Source: Longimicrobiales bacterium (GTDB taxonomy: Bacteria; Gemmatimonadota; Gemmatimonadetes; Longimicrobiales; Gaopeijiaceae). Taken from it: a DNA stretch of 64,000 nucleotides. The stretch lies in the NCBI GenBank assembly GCA_965204735.1, contig OZ242008.1, forward strand, positions 2,176,001 to 2,240,000, written 5' to 3'. Every line of letters begins with the position of its first letter. Within the stretch, counting starts at the first letter, position 1. The notes beneath the pieces are model-generated. The model was not told where the DNA came from, did not search any database, and was given only the letters and a program-made list of their open reading frames with translations. This document shows positions 35,466-46,455 of this stretch, in pieces. A program made the position numbers and the translations under genes.

Positions 35466-37052
35466 ATGCGAGAGTTCAACACGGAGGGTCCGGTCGTGGC
35501 CCAGGACCACTACCACATCCCGCCTCTCGACCGGGTGAACCTTGCCGAACTCCGGCAGCTGGTGGACCGAAAGCGCTACTTCGTCCTCCACGCGCCCCGG
35601 CAAACCGGCAAGACTTCTGCTCTTCTGGCGCTCCAGGCCCGGCTGAACGCCGACGGCGACTACCGTTGCGTCTACGTCAACGTCGAGGGCGCGACGACGG
35701 CCCGCGAAGACGTGGACGCGGCGATTCGCACCGTCCTGAACGAGCTGGCCGAAGCGGCCCACGACACGCTGGGAGACGGGTTCCTCGCGGACACGTGGCC
35801 GGGCGTGCTCGCCAAGGGCGGCGGACACAGCGCTCTGCGGGTGGCGCTGACTCGTTGGGCGCGGCACAGCGACAAGCCGCTCGTCCTGCTCGTCGACGAG
35901 ATCGACACGCTGATGGGCGACTCGCTCTTGGCGGTGTTGCGGCAGCTCCGGGCAGGCTACCACCTGCGGCCCGAGGGCGGCTTTCCGCAAAGCGTGATCC
36001 TCTGCGGCGTGCGGGACGTCCGCGACTACCGCATCTGGTCCGGCTCGACCAAGACGATGGTCGCGGGCGGCAGCGCCTTCAACATCAAGGCCGAGTCCCT
36101 GCGCCTGGGCGACTTCTCGCGGGACGAAGTGCGCGACCTGCTCGGACAGCACACCCGGGAAACCGGCCAAGCGTTCGCCGACGCCGCGCTCGAAGCGGTC
36201 TGGAGTCAGACCCGGGGCCAGCCGTGGCTCGTCAACGCGCTGGCCTATCAGGCGTGCTTCCGCGGCGCCCTGGCCCGGGACCGTTCGCGCACCGTGACCC
36301 AGGCCGACGTGCTGGAGGCCCGGGAGACGCTGATCCTGCGCCGCGACACGCACCTGGACCAGCTGACCGACAAGCTCAGGGAGGACCGGGTATGGCGCGT
36401 GATCGAGCCGCTCCTCGCCGGCAGTCGCGAGTCCCGCTACACGGAGCGGGACGTGGAGTACGTCCGGGACTTGGGGTTGATCGCCCGAGACCCGCCGATT
36501 CGCATGGCCAACCCCGTCTACGCAGAGGTCGTGCCCAGGGAGCTGACGTGGCTCGCCCAGGACGACCTTCCCTACGATCCCGCTTGGTACGTGGACGCCT
36601 CGGGCGCCCTGCTCCTGGGCAAGCTCCTCGAAGCGTTCCAGGAGTTCTACCGCGAGAACTCGGAGCACTGGGTCGACCGTTACGGCCTAAAGGAGGCGGG
36701 ACCGCAACTTCTCCTGCAGGCGTTCCTGCAGCGGGTCGTCAACAGCGGCGGGCGGATCGAGCGGGAGTACGCGCTGGGCAGCGGGCGCACGGACTTGCTC
36801 GTGGTGTGGCCTCGGGGGAGGCAAGTGGGCAAGTACGTGGTCGAGTGCAAGGTTCGCCACGACCGCCGGAGCTTGGAGCGCACCGTGGCCGAGGGCGTGG
36901 AGCAGACGGCGGCGTACATGGACCGTTGCAAGGCCGAAGCCGGCCACTTGGTGATCTTCGACCGGAGCGGAGAGCGCAGTTGGGACGAGAAGGTCTTCCG
37001 CGACGAACAAGCCGCCGAGAGCGGCGCCAAGATCGCGGTGTGGGGCATGTGA
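35466..37052 (+). CDS. AAA-family ATPase with C-terminal PD-(D/E)xK nuclease-like domain
   Basis: MREFNTEGP, Walker A APRQTGKTS, Walker B LLVDEID, SAFNIK, TRGQPWLVNAL, C-terminal REYALGSGRTDLL...VECK. Confidence 0.9.
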   Translation: MREFNTEGPVVAQDHYHIPPLDRVNLAELRQLVDRKRYFVLHAPRQTGKTSALLALQARLNADGDYRCVYVNVEGATTAREDVDAAIRTVLNELAEAAHDTLGDGFLADTWPGVLAKGGGHSALRVALTRWARHSDKPLVLLVDEIDTLMGDSLLAVLRQLRAGYHLRPEGGFPQSVILCGVRDVRDYRIWSGSTKTMVAGGSAFNIKAESLRLGDFSRDEVRDLLGQHTRETGQAFADAALEAVWSQTRGQPWLVNALAYQACFRGALARDRSRTVTQADVLEARETLILRRDTHLDQLTDKLREDRVWRVIEPLLAGSRESRYTERDVEYVRDLGLIARDPPIRMANPVYAEVVPRELTWLAQDDLPYDPAWYVDASGALLLGKLLEAFQEFYRENSEHWVDRYGLKEAGPQLLLQAFLQRVVNSGGRIEREYALGSGRTDLLVVWPRGRQVGKYVVECKVRHDRRSLERTVAEGVEQTAAYMDRCKAEAGHLVIFDRSGERSWDEKVFRDEQAAESGAKIAVWGM

Positions 37053-37120
37053 TCGGCGACAACCCCGCCCGGCGAAACGCACGGCCTCTCGGTCGGGGGC
37101 GACAAGGGGACCACGACCAT

Positions 37121-37615
37121 TCATCGGACTTGGCCCACGTATATCTCCGCTGGCACAAACCGCTTGTCCGGGTCGCACGGAATCTCGGGGGGAAGATCGA
37201 TGACGAGAGCCCCGTCCTGCGTTCTCGCCTCGACCCCGTCGGGAAGCACGAAGCCCTCCGGCGGACAGGCGAAGACCCATCCACGGTCGTAGCCCTGCGG
37301 AACTTCCATTAGAACGGGCTCAAAGGTCGCGATGCCATACGTGCTCGCCCGAATCCTGGGCTCGTACCAGTCCGGGTTGAGCATGAGGTCGGTCGCGGGA
37401 GCCCAGGTCATCGGCCGGAAGCGAGGCATCAAGTCGCGCAAGGCGGTTGTCGCGATCGTGTCGCCGACCTCCAGGGGCCAGCCTGGCGGGGCAGCAGGCG
37501 CGGTCTCGGCGGTCCCGTGGGCTGCTTCGTCTGTGTCGATCGAGGCGGGACCGCACGCAAGGACTGTCCCGGCGCAGGCCAAGACGGCGACGCGGACTCG
37601 GAGCCCAAGCATCAC
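37121..37615 (-). CDS. Hypothetical lipoprotein
   Basis: Signal peptide with lipobox VLAC. Follows punA after a few nt. Confidence 0.55.
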   Translation of the reverse strand: MMLGLRVRVAVLACAGTVLACGPASIDTDEAAHGTAETAPAAPPGWPLEVGDTIATTALRDLMPRFRPMTWAPATDLMLNPDWYEPRIRASTYGIATFEPVLMEVPQGYDRGWVFACPPEGFVLPDGVEARTQDGALVIDLPPEIPCDPDKRFVPAEIYVGQVR

Positions 37616-37619
37616 GAGA

Positions 37620-38576
37620 TCAGGTCGCGAGCGCTTGCCTCGCGGCGGCTCCCGGGCGTGGGTCGGCAGGCGTGGTGGCCGGCTCGTCGTCCGCGGCCTC
37701 CAGGTCCGCCATCTTCGGCAACGTCGCCTCCAGCAGCGGCGCCAACGCCCGGCCTGCGCTGTCGGCCCATGCCATCACGTCCTCGTGGTCCAGGGTCCCC
37801 TCGGCCAGCCCGGCCGCCCAGTTGGAGATCATCGAGATCCCCAGGACGCGCTGCCCCAGGGCGCGAGCGACCACCGCCTCGGGCGCCGTGGACATGCCGA
37901 CCGCGTCGGCGCCGGCGGCCCGCAGGGCGCGAACCTCGGCCGGCGTCTCGAACGACGGTCCCAGGACCATGGCGTACACGCCCCGGACGAGCCGCGTTCC
38001 CGTCTCGGTCGCCGCCGACTCGGCCAAGGCCATGAACTCCGGGTCGTAAGGCCGGCTCATGTCGGGAAAGCGGGCCTCGCCCCGCCGAACGGGGCCAGCC
38101 AGGGGGGAGCGGAAGCCCAGGTGCAGGTGGTCGTCGATCAGCATCAGGCTGCCCGGCTCCAGGTCCCGTCGAATCCCGCCGGCGGCGTTGGTGAGGACGA
38201 GGGCGCGCGCGCCCAGAGCGTGGCCGGTGCGCACGGGGAGCCCGACCACCTCCGAGTCCCATCCCTCGTAGTAGTGGAACCTCCCCTGCTGAACCAGCGT
38301 CGGAACGCCGGCGACGCGCCCGGCCACGAAGCGGCCGGCGTGGCCCTCCACCGTCGGCTGGGGGAACCCCGGCAGCTCGGCGAAGGGAACCGCGACCGGA
38401 TCCTCCACGCCGTCGGCGACGCTCCCCAGGCCGGAGCCGAGGACGACGTGCAGCCGGGGCCGGCAGCCGATGCGCTCCCGCAAGGAGTCGGCGGCCGCCC
38501 GGGCCGTTCCCTCGCCCGCCGTCGCCGAACCGCCGCCGGACCCGGGGGTCGCCGGCAAGTCGGAACCCGCCGTCAA
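37620..38576 (-). CDS. punA: Purine-nucleoside phosphorylase (trimeric PNP-I family)
   Basis: VLGSGLG, VEGHAG, QGRFHYYEG, TNAAGG, GPSFETPAE, AVGMST, HEDV. TTG start overlaps the nupC stop. Confidence 0.93.
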   Translation of the reverse strand: MTAGSDLPATPGSGGGSATAGEGTARAAADSLRERIGCRPRLHVVLGSGLGSVADGVEDPVAVPFAELPGFPQPTVEGHAGRFVAGRVAGVPTLVQQGRFHYYEGWDSEVVGLPVRTGHALGARALVLTNAAGGIRRDLEPGSLMLIDDHLHLGFRSPLAGPVRRGEARFPDMSRPYDPEFMALAESAATETGTRLVRGVYAMVLGPSFETPAEVRALRAAGADAVGMSTAPEAVVARALGQRVLGISMISNWAAGLAEGTLDHEDVMAWADSAGRALAPLLEATLPKMADLEAADDEPATTPADPRPGAAARQALAT

Positions 38577-39988
38577 ATCAGCACGCCGGCGATCGCAGCC
38601 GTCATGAACGCCGCGACGGAGCCCCCGATCATCGCCCGCAGCCCCAGGCGCGAGAGGTCCTTCCGGCGCCGGGGCGCGATCCCGCCGATCCCGCCGATCT
38701 GGATCGCGATCGACGAGAAGTTGGCGAACCCCGAGAGCGCGTAGGCGGCGATCGTGGCGGAGCGTGGCGAGAGGCCGCCCTCGGAGATCTCCCCGGCCAG
38801 CCCCAGGTACGCCACGAACTCGGTGGCCACCGTCTTGAGGCCCATCAGCGAGCCCACGGCCGCCGCGTCCTCCCACGGCACGCCCATCACCCACGCCACC
38901 GGCGCGAGCAGCGCGCCCAGCACGCCCTCGAGCGAGAGGTCGTCGAAGCCGGCCAGCCCCCCGGCCCAGCCCAGCACCCCATTGACCAGCGCGATCAGGG
39001 CCAGGAACGCCAGCAGCATGCCACCCACGTTGAGCGCCAGCTGCAGGCCCTCCCCCGCCCCTCTCGCCGCCGCCTCGATCACGTTCACGTCGGGACGCTC
39101 GACCTTGGACGCGAGCCCGCCCGCCGTCTCCGCCGTCTCCTCCTCCGGCACCATCAACTTGGCCACCACGAGCGCCGCCGGCGCCGACATGACCGACGCC
39201 GCCATCAGGTGTCCGGCGATGTCGGGGAAGAACGCCACCAGCATCCCCGCGTAGGCCGCCATCACGCCCCCCGCCACCGTGGCGAAGCCCCCGGTCATGA
39301 CCGCCATGAGCTCGGAGCGCGTCATCCGGTCCACGAAGGGCTTGACCAGCAGCGGCGCTTCCGTCTGGCCCACGAAGATGTTGCCGGCCGCCGACAGCGT
39401 CTCGGCGCCGCTGGTCCCCATCGTGCGCCTCATGACCCAGGCGATCCCGCCCACCAGGCGCTGCATGACGCCCAGGTGGTAGAGGATCGTCATCAGCGAC
39501 GCCAGGAAGATGATCGTCGGCAGGACGTTGAAGGCGACGAAGGCGCCCGTGCGCGCCACCATCCGTCCCTCGGCGGCGAACTCCCCGCTTCCCGGCTCGC
39601 CCGTCCCCACCGGAACCGTGTTCCACACCAGGTCGCCGAAGAGGAAGCGCGCGCCTTCCAGCGTGTACCCGACCACTGCCAGCACGGCCTGGTTCGCGGC
39701 ATCGAAGACGCCGGCGCCGATCGGCGTCCGCAGGATCACCACGGCGAAGAGGAACTGCAGCGCGAGGCCCCACAGGACGACCCGCCACGGGACCTGCTTG
39801 CGGTTCGTGCTCATCGCCCACGCGGCGACGGTCAGCAGGACGAGCCCCAGCAGGCCACGGAGGCGCGACAGGAGTCCTGCCCCCGCTTCGACGCCGCCGG
39901 CCTCCTGAAGGGCGGCGACTGAAGTCGGAAGGGCAACGGCCGTCCCCACGGCCGCGAGGACCGCGACGGCGCAGCGGAGTCTGGACAT
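38573..39988 (-). CDS. nupC: Concentrative nucleoside transporter (NupC/CNT family)
   Basis: GARFLFG, AFNVLPTIIF, GTSGAETL, IFVGQTEAPL, GGFATVAG, ASVMSAPAAL, EFVAY, GFANFSSIAIQIGG. Confidence 0.95.
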   Translation of the reverse strand: MSRLRCAVAVLAAVGTAVALPTSVAALQEAGGVEAGAGLLSRLRGLLGLVLLTVAAWAMSTNRKQVPWRVVLWGLALQFLFAVVILRTPIGAGVFDAANQAVLAVVGYTLEGARFLFGDLVWNTVPVGTGEPGSGEFAAEGRMVARTGAFVAFNVLPTIIFLASLMTILYHLGVMQRLVGGIAWVMRRTMGTSGAETLSAAGNIFVGQTEAPLLVKPFVDRMTRSELMAVMTGGFATVAGGVMAAYAGMLVAFFPDIAGHLMAASVMSAPAALVVAKLMVPEEETAETAGGLASKVERPDVNVIEAAARGAGEGLQLALNVGGMLLAFLALIALVNGVLGWAGGLAGFDDLSLEGVLGALLAPVAWVMGVPWEDAAAVGSLMGLKTVATEFVAYLGLAGEISEGGLSPRSATIAAYALSGFANFSSIAIQIGGIGGIAPRRRKDLSRLGLRAMIGGSVAAFMTAAIAGVLI

Positions 39989-40107
39989 GGAGCCCCTTGG
40001 GAAGACGCGCGGACGGGCCCGCCTCGGCATGGAAGCCAGGACCAGCCACGCGAGACACACCATGGGAAGCTAGCGGATCGCTCCGGCCGGCACCTTGGCC
40101 GGCGCGC

Positions 40108-40124
40108 CGAGCCGGTCCGGCTCG
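40108..40124. terminator. Possible GC hairpin after the upstream gene
   Basis: CGAGCCGG-T-CCGGCTCG inverted repeat right after stop 40125. No clear U-tract. Confidence 0.25.
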
Positions 40125-40784
40125 CTAGTACACTGCCCCGTCCGGCACCTTCGCCGGGTACTCCACAAGCACCAGCCACAGGTACTCGCCCGGATAGTTC
40201 GCAAGGTCCTCGGGAATCGGCAGGCGCTTGTACTGACACGGAGCAATGTTCACAAGGCAGCGGTCCTGGTAGTCGTAGAACTCGTCCACCAACAGGGGCC
40301 GGCTGGCACGCTCGATCAGCAGCACCCACTTGGTGTTGTCCTTGAGCGTCCACGACATCGTGCCCGAGGCTGCCTCGCCGCTCCCCTGCGCAAGACGAAC
40401 CCAGAGCGACGCCGATCCGGATTCCGTAACCGCAAGCCGTGGCCGCGCGGTCGCCGCTCCGATCGTCGAAGGCTCGAAGTCTTCGGCCACGAACGTCTTG
40501 CCGAGAACTCCGACTTCGATGCCTGCCAAGCCCGCCGAATCGAGCAGCGAGCTGTTGTACGCGCTCCCGGTCGGATGGCCGAGATACGGATACACCTCAA
40601 GCCAGCAGCACACGTCGTTCTCCAGCAGAGAGCACGAGCCGACGGCCAAGACTCCGGCGCTTGCGAACACCGGAGCCCAGGCCGACAGCCCCCGCCTGAT
40701 GCGCCTCGACAAGCGCATTCCGACGAGCTGGGCGGCAGCGAGCAGCGGCACAGCCGGGTTCTTCGAGAAGAAGTCGGTCTTCAT
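40125..40784 (-). CDS. Hypothetical, possibly lipoprotein, downstream of the TonB-dependent receptor
   Basis: AAGGAG RBS before ATG 40784, lipobox-like AVGSC, Cys-containing beta-rich domain. Confidence 0.6.
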   Translation of the reverse strand: MKTDFFSKNPAVPLLAAAQLVGMRLSRRIRRGLSAWAPVFASAGVLAVGSCSLLENDVCCWLEVYPYLGHPTGSAYNSSLLDSAGLAGIEVGVLGKTFVAEDFEPSTIGAATARPRLAVTESGSASLWVRLAQGSGEAASGTMSWTLKDNTKWVLLIERASRPLLVDEFYDYQDRCLVNIAPCQYKRLPIPEDLANYPGEYLWLVLVEYPAKVPDGAVY

Positions 40785-40834
40785 GGGTAGCTCCTTGCGT
40801 GGAGGTGACCGACACTTATCCAACCCCGAACCGG

Positions 40835-43800
40835 TCAGAAGGTTCCGCCGCCCGCCTTCCAGTTGACCGACAGCTTGACCCTGCGCCCGCGGGCGCTGTG
40901 GGTGAAGGCGTCGAAGGCGTGCTCCCAGGCCACGAACGGCGCCGGCGCATCCAGCAGGTTCGCGGCGGTCAACGCGACGTCGAGGCCCCGGCCGGTGCGT
41001 CGCAGGAGGCTCAAGTCCCACGTCGCGACCCGGGGGATCGTCTCGTAGCGGGTGCCGACGAACTCCTCGTTGGCGTAGGACGAGACGACGTTCGTCCAGC
41101 TTGCCAAGCTGTACTCGCCCCGATGGATGCCGGTCGAGAACCGGAGCTTCCACCGGGGAAGAGGCGGCGCGACGGGGTTGAACCAGTTCAAGCGGCCGGC
41201 CGCCGACTGCTCGCCGTGCAGCTCGACCCCGTTCACCTTCAGCGCCCTGACTCGGTACTCGCGCGTGTAGGTCCCGTCCGTGCCCAGCGAGACCACGCCT
41301 TGCCCGACCGGAAGCCGCGCGCTCGCGTGCCAGTCGATCCCCGAGGTCTCTGCGCCGGGCCAGTTCACGAGTCCCACCCTGATCCGCTCGATCTCCGTCG
41401 ACGCGCACGTGCCGGTGCCGGGCCCGTCGGGACAGCTGACGAACTCCTTGACCGCCTCCCTCGACGCGCCCCCGGCGTCGTACAGTCGCGCCACGCCGGC
41501 GTAGGGCAGCACGTCGATCAGGTTGCGAAAGTCGTAGCTCCAGTAGTCGACCGCGGCCCGCACGCGGGAAAGACGGAGGCTGGCGCCGACGTTGTACGTG
41601 AACGCCTGCTCGGGCTCGAGGCCGGGGTTCCCGAAGTTGTCGGCGGCCCGCCACGCTTCGGCTTCGGGCACGTACACGGCCGCCGTGTTCTGGAGCTCGT
41701 TCACGTCGTCCACCGAAGGCGCGCGGAACGTCGTCTGCACCGACAAGCGCAGCGCGATCGCCTCGGAGAGCCGCACGCGCAGCGCCAACCTGGGGTCGAA
41801 GCTGCTGGCCAAGTCGTGAAACTCGTAGTTGGCGGCGGCCTGGGCGCTGATCCAGTCGCCCAAGGTCAGGGGGACTTCGGCGTAGAAGCGGTGCACGGTC
41901 TGCGAGGCGTCGTCCGCGTAGAAGCCGTTGATCAGGCTGAACGGGCCGATCTTCGCGCTGCAGCTCTGGTCGCCCAGAACGGGACAAGGGTTGATCGCAA
42001 GGTTGCCCGCGTCGTTGGGCCGCGCCGAGACGCCGAACCAGCGGAACTGATAACCGGCCGCGAAGCTGGCCACGCCCGGCGCCAGCGCGCCCTTCACCAC
42101 CGCGTCGGCGACCGCCAGGTTGGTCTTGCTCCGCAGGTCGACTTGATCGAAGAGCCACGCGCGCAGCTCGGGGGGGTTGGCCAGCGACGCGACGTAGCCC
42201 GGGTTCGCCCTGGTCTCGAACGGCGCGCCGGGCTGCTGCGAGTACTGGACCGCGCTGCTGAAGGGGTTGAACCACATGCAGCCGCCCTGCCCCGCCACTG
42301 CGCCGTTCAGCGGTCCCAGCGCCATCCCCGAAGGGCTCGACGCGTCCACCACCACGTCCACGCCGCACTCGGGACCGCCGAAGCCGCGGAACGCGAGAAA
42401 GCGGCGGTGCGCGTACTCGGCGGGGAGGCTCACGTTGCCCGCGGCGCGCGACCAGCCGACGGCCGCTTCCAGCGCCAAGTCCTCCCCGGCCAGGCTTCCC
42501 ACGGCGCGGTGGGCGGAGGCCGCGATGCGCAGGGTCTGCGACGATCGCGACACGGTGCGCGCGGGACCGCTGTTGCCGATCGTGCGCCCGTAGAAGTACC
42601 AGTCGTCCTCGAGGCACGCGGCGGCCGAGGCGAACCCCGCGGCTTGGGCGTCTTCGCTGCAGAAGCGGCGCCGACCTGGGTTGTCAGGCCCCACCAAGTG
42701 GGCGCCGTCGTACTGGTAGATCGGCGCGAAGGAGGGCGTGGTGGACCACTTGGGCGTCGCCGTCCGGGGAAGGAGAGCCTCGACGTGGTAGCCGCCTCCG
42801 TCGCCCCACGCGCCGTTGAGCTCGCCGAAGGCACGCACGTACCTCGACGCCTGCTGCAAGTCGTCCCACGCCTGGTAGCGCATCCGGCAGGTCTCGTCTT
42901 CGCGACGTCCCCCGAAGCCCTCGCACGCCCGGTCCACGAAGACTCGACCGCCGAAGTGCGCGCTTCGAAGAGCGGCGGCGAACTCCTTGGGACCCTCGTC
43001 GCCGTCGAGCTGCGGGAAGAGAAACGCGCCTGGATTGCCGACGAACGACCAGCCGCCGGCTCCCGGAACGAAGGGCGCCAGGGCGAAGTCGCGGTCCGCA
43101 ACCTTCAGGCGCCGGGTCTGGAGCGCTTCGACCGAGACCACGGCGTGGGCGCCTTCCCCGACGGGCCGGCCCCAGATGGCGCCGACGCTCGTGGCGCCGG
43201 AGGCGGCGTAGCGCTCGTGGGACGCCGCGAGCTCCCAGCCCTCGTAGTCGTTCCTGGTGAGGAAGTTGGCCACGCCCGCCACGGCGTCGGAGCCGTACAC
43301 GGCCGACGCGCCCTCCTTCAGGACCTCGATCCGGTCCAGCGCGATCGACGGGAACGAGTTCACGTCCACGAAGCGGCCTCCGTACATCCGCACCGGCACG
43401 TACGTTTGGCGCCGGCCGTTGAGCAGCACCAGCGTCCGCGAGGGTCCCAGGCCGCGAAGGTTCACGCTGGCGATCGTCTCGGGCACGGCGGCGGGCTGGG
43501 CCGTGTTGGCGAAGCTGTGCCGTTCGCCGAGGCCGCCGTGGCTGGCGCTCAAGTTCTTGAAGAAGTCCGTGGCCTGGGGCGACCCCTGTTCGGCGAGGCT
43601 CCGCCGGCTCGACACCGCGACCGCGTAGGGGAGGGCGACGGGAGAGTCCTCGAAGGCGGTGCCGGTCACGACGATCTCGACCAGCTCCAGCGTCGTGGAG
43701 TGAAGCCGCGCGTCGAGCGTCGCCGTCTCTCCGTCGGCGACGGTCACGGTGCGGACGAAGCTCGCGAAGCCGATCAGCTGCACGTGGAGCTCGTGGACGC

Positions 43801-44005
43801 CCGCCCCGACGCCGGAGAGCACGAACCTTCCGTCGTCGTTCGACAGCACGCCGACGCCCAAGCCCGGGATGTGGACCTGAGCCGACGGGAGAGGCGCGCC
43901 CGTGGCCGCGTCGGAGACGGTTCCCGCAACGGTTCCGCTCTGGGCGCGGGTCTGCGGCGCTGCCAGCGCCACCGCCGCGACGGTCGACGCAAGGACCCGA
44001 GCCAT
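40835..44005 (-). CDS. TonB-dependent receptor with N-terminal carboxypeptidase-regulatory-like domain
   Basis: TonB box EIVVTG, plug motifs VNLRGLGPSRTLVLLNGRR and RIEVLKEGASAVYGSDAVAGVANF, GNPGLEPE, NLLD, C-terminal F. Confidence 0.93.
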   Translation of the reverse strand: MARVLASTVAAVALAAPQTRAQSGTVAGTVSDAATGAPLPSAQVHIPGLGVGVLSNDDGRFVLSGVGAGVHELHVQLIGFASFVRTVTVADGETATLDARLHSTTLELVEIVVTGTAFEDSPVALPYAVAVSSRRSLAEQGSPQATDFFKNLSASHGGLGERHSFANTAQPAAVPETIASVNLRGLGPSRTLVLLNGRRQTYVPVRMYGGRFVDVNSFPSIALDRIEVLKEGASAVYGSDAVAGVANFLTRNDYEGWELAASHERYAASGATSVGAIWGRPVGEGAHAVVSVEALQTRRLKVADRDFALAPFVPGAGGWSFVGNPGAFLFPQLDGDEGPKEFAAALRSAHFGGRVFVDRACEGFGGRREDETCRMRYQAWDDLQQASRYVRAFGELNGAWGDGGGYHVEALLPRTATPKWSTTPSFAPIYQYDGAHLVGPDNPGRRRFCSEDAQAAGFASAAACLEDDWYFYGRTIGNSGPARTVSRSSQTLRIAASAHRAVGSLAGEDLALEAAVGWSRAAGNVSLPAEYAHRRFLAFRGFGGPECGVDVVVDASSPSGMALGPLNGAVAGQGGCMWFNPFSSAVQYSQQPGAPFETRANPGYVASLANPPELRAWLFDQVDLRSKTNLAVADAVVKGALAPGVASFAAGYQFRWFGVSARPNDAGNLAINPCPVLGDQSCSAKIGPFSLINGFYADDASQTVHRFYAEVPLTLGDWISAQAAANYEFHDLASSFDPRLALRVRLSEAIALRLSVQTTFRAPSVDDVNELQNTAAVYVPEAEAWRAADNFGNPGLEPEQAFTYNVGASLRLSRVRAAVDYWSYDFRNLIDVLPYAGVARLYDAGGASREAVKEFVSCPDGPGTGTCASTEIERIRVGLVNWPGAETSGIDWHASARLPVGQGVVSLGTDGTYTREYRVRALKVNGVELHGEQSAAGRLNWFNPVAPPLPRWKLRFSTGIHRGEYSLASWTNVVSSYANEEFVGTRYETIPRVATWDLSLLRRTGRGLDVALTAANLLDAPAPFVAWEHAFDAFTHSARGRRVKLSVNWKAGGGTF

Positions 44006-44248
44006 CGACCTTCCGGCTCGGCGCGCCGGCTGAACTCCGCCCCCCAGCCCACGCCTCCCCAGCCCACGGCCCCTCGGCCCAGGGCGTCGCGCGAGTGGAT
44101 TCGTCTTGATCACTGTGCCATGAGCGCGCCGTCCAGCCGCTCCTCGCCCATCCGTCTTCCGCAGGTCGGGGTCGCCTTCGCGTGGACTCCCAATCCTACA
44201 ACCCCAGGTCGGGACCGGGCGAGTCCAGCAGCCTCGCCCAGCCCAAAA

Positions 44249-44307
44249 CCTGCCAAAATGGCAGGAATTCGCCCCTCTGCGCCCCAAAAACCTGCCAAAA
44301 TGGCAGG
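44249..44307. promoter_or_regulatory. Two perfect inverted repeats CCTGCCA-AAA-TGGCAGG upstream of dnaK (putative regulator sites)
   Basis: Identical 17-mers at 44249-44265 and 44291-44307, 42 nt apart. Confidence 0.8.
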
Positions 44308-44334
44308 AATTGCCGCCCGGGCGGCCCTCAAGCC

Positions 44335-44350
44335 CGGCACGTTCATTGCA
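44335..44350 (+). promoter_or_regulatory. Putative sigma54 (-24/-12) promoter of dnaK
   Basis: CGGCACGTTCATTGCA fits GG-N10-GC and the YGGCACG-N4-TTGCW consensus. Confidence 0.75.
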
Positions 44351-44483
44351 GTAACCTGTCTGCCGTTAGCTTCAGAACACGCCGAGGGGACGCGGACGCA
44401 CGACGGCTTCCGGGCCGCTCCCGCCGCCTTCCGGCCTCCGCCGGCCTCCCGGCTCCCCAGCATCGAAAGGGACGAACCAGCGC

Positions 44484-46424
<1,941 letters not shown>

Positions 46425-46455
46425 CCGAGCCAGCGAGCCCAAGGAGGAAGCAGAC

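Noticed and set aside
44360..44483. CIRCE/HrcA operator before dnaK
   Set aside because: No TTAGCACTC-N9-GAGTGCTAA match, only an isolated TTAGC.
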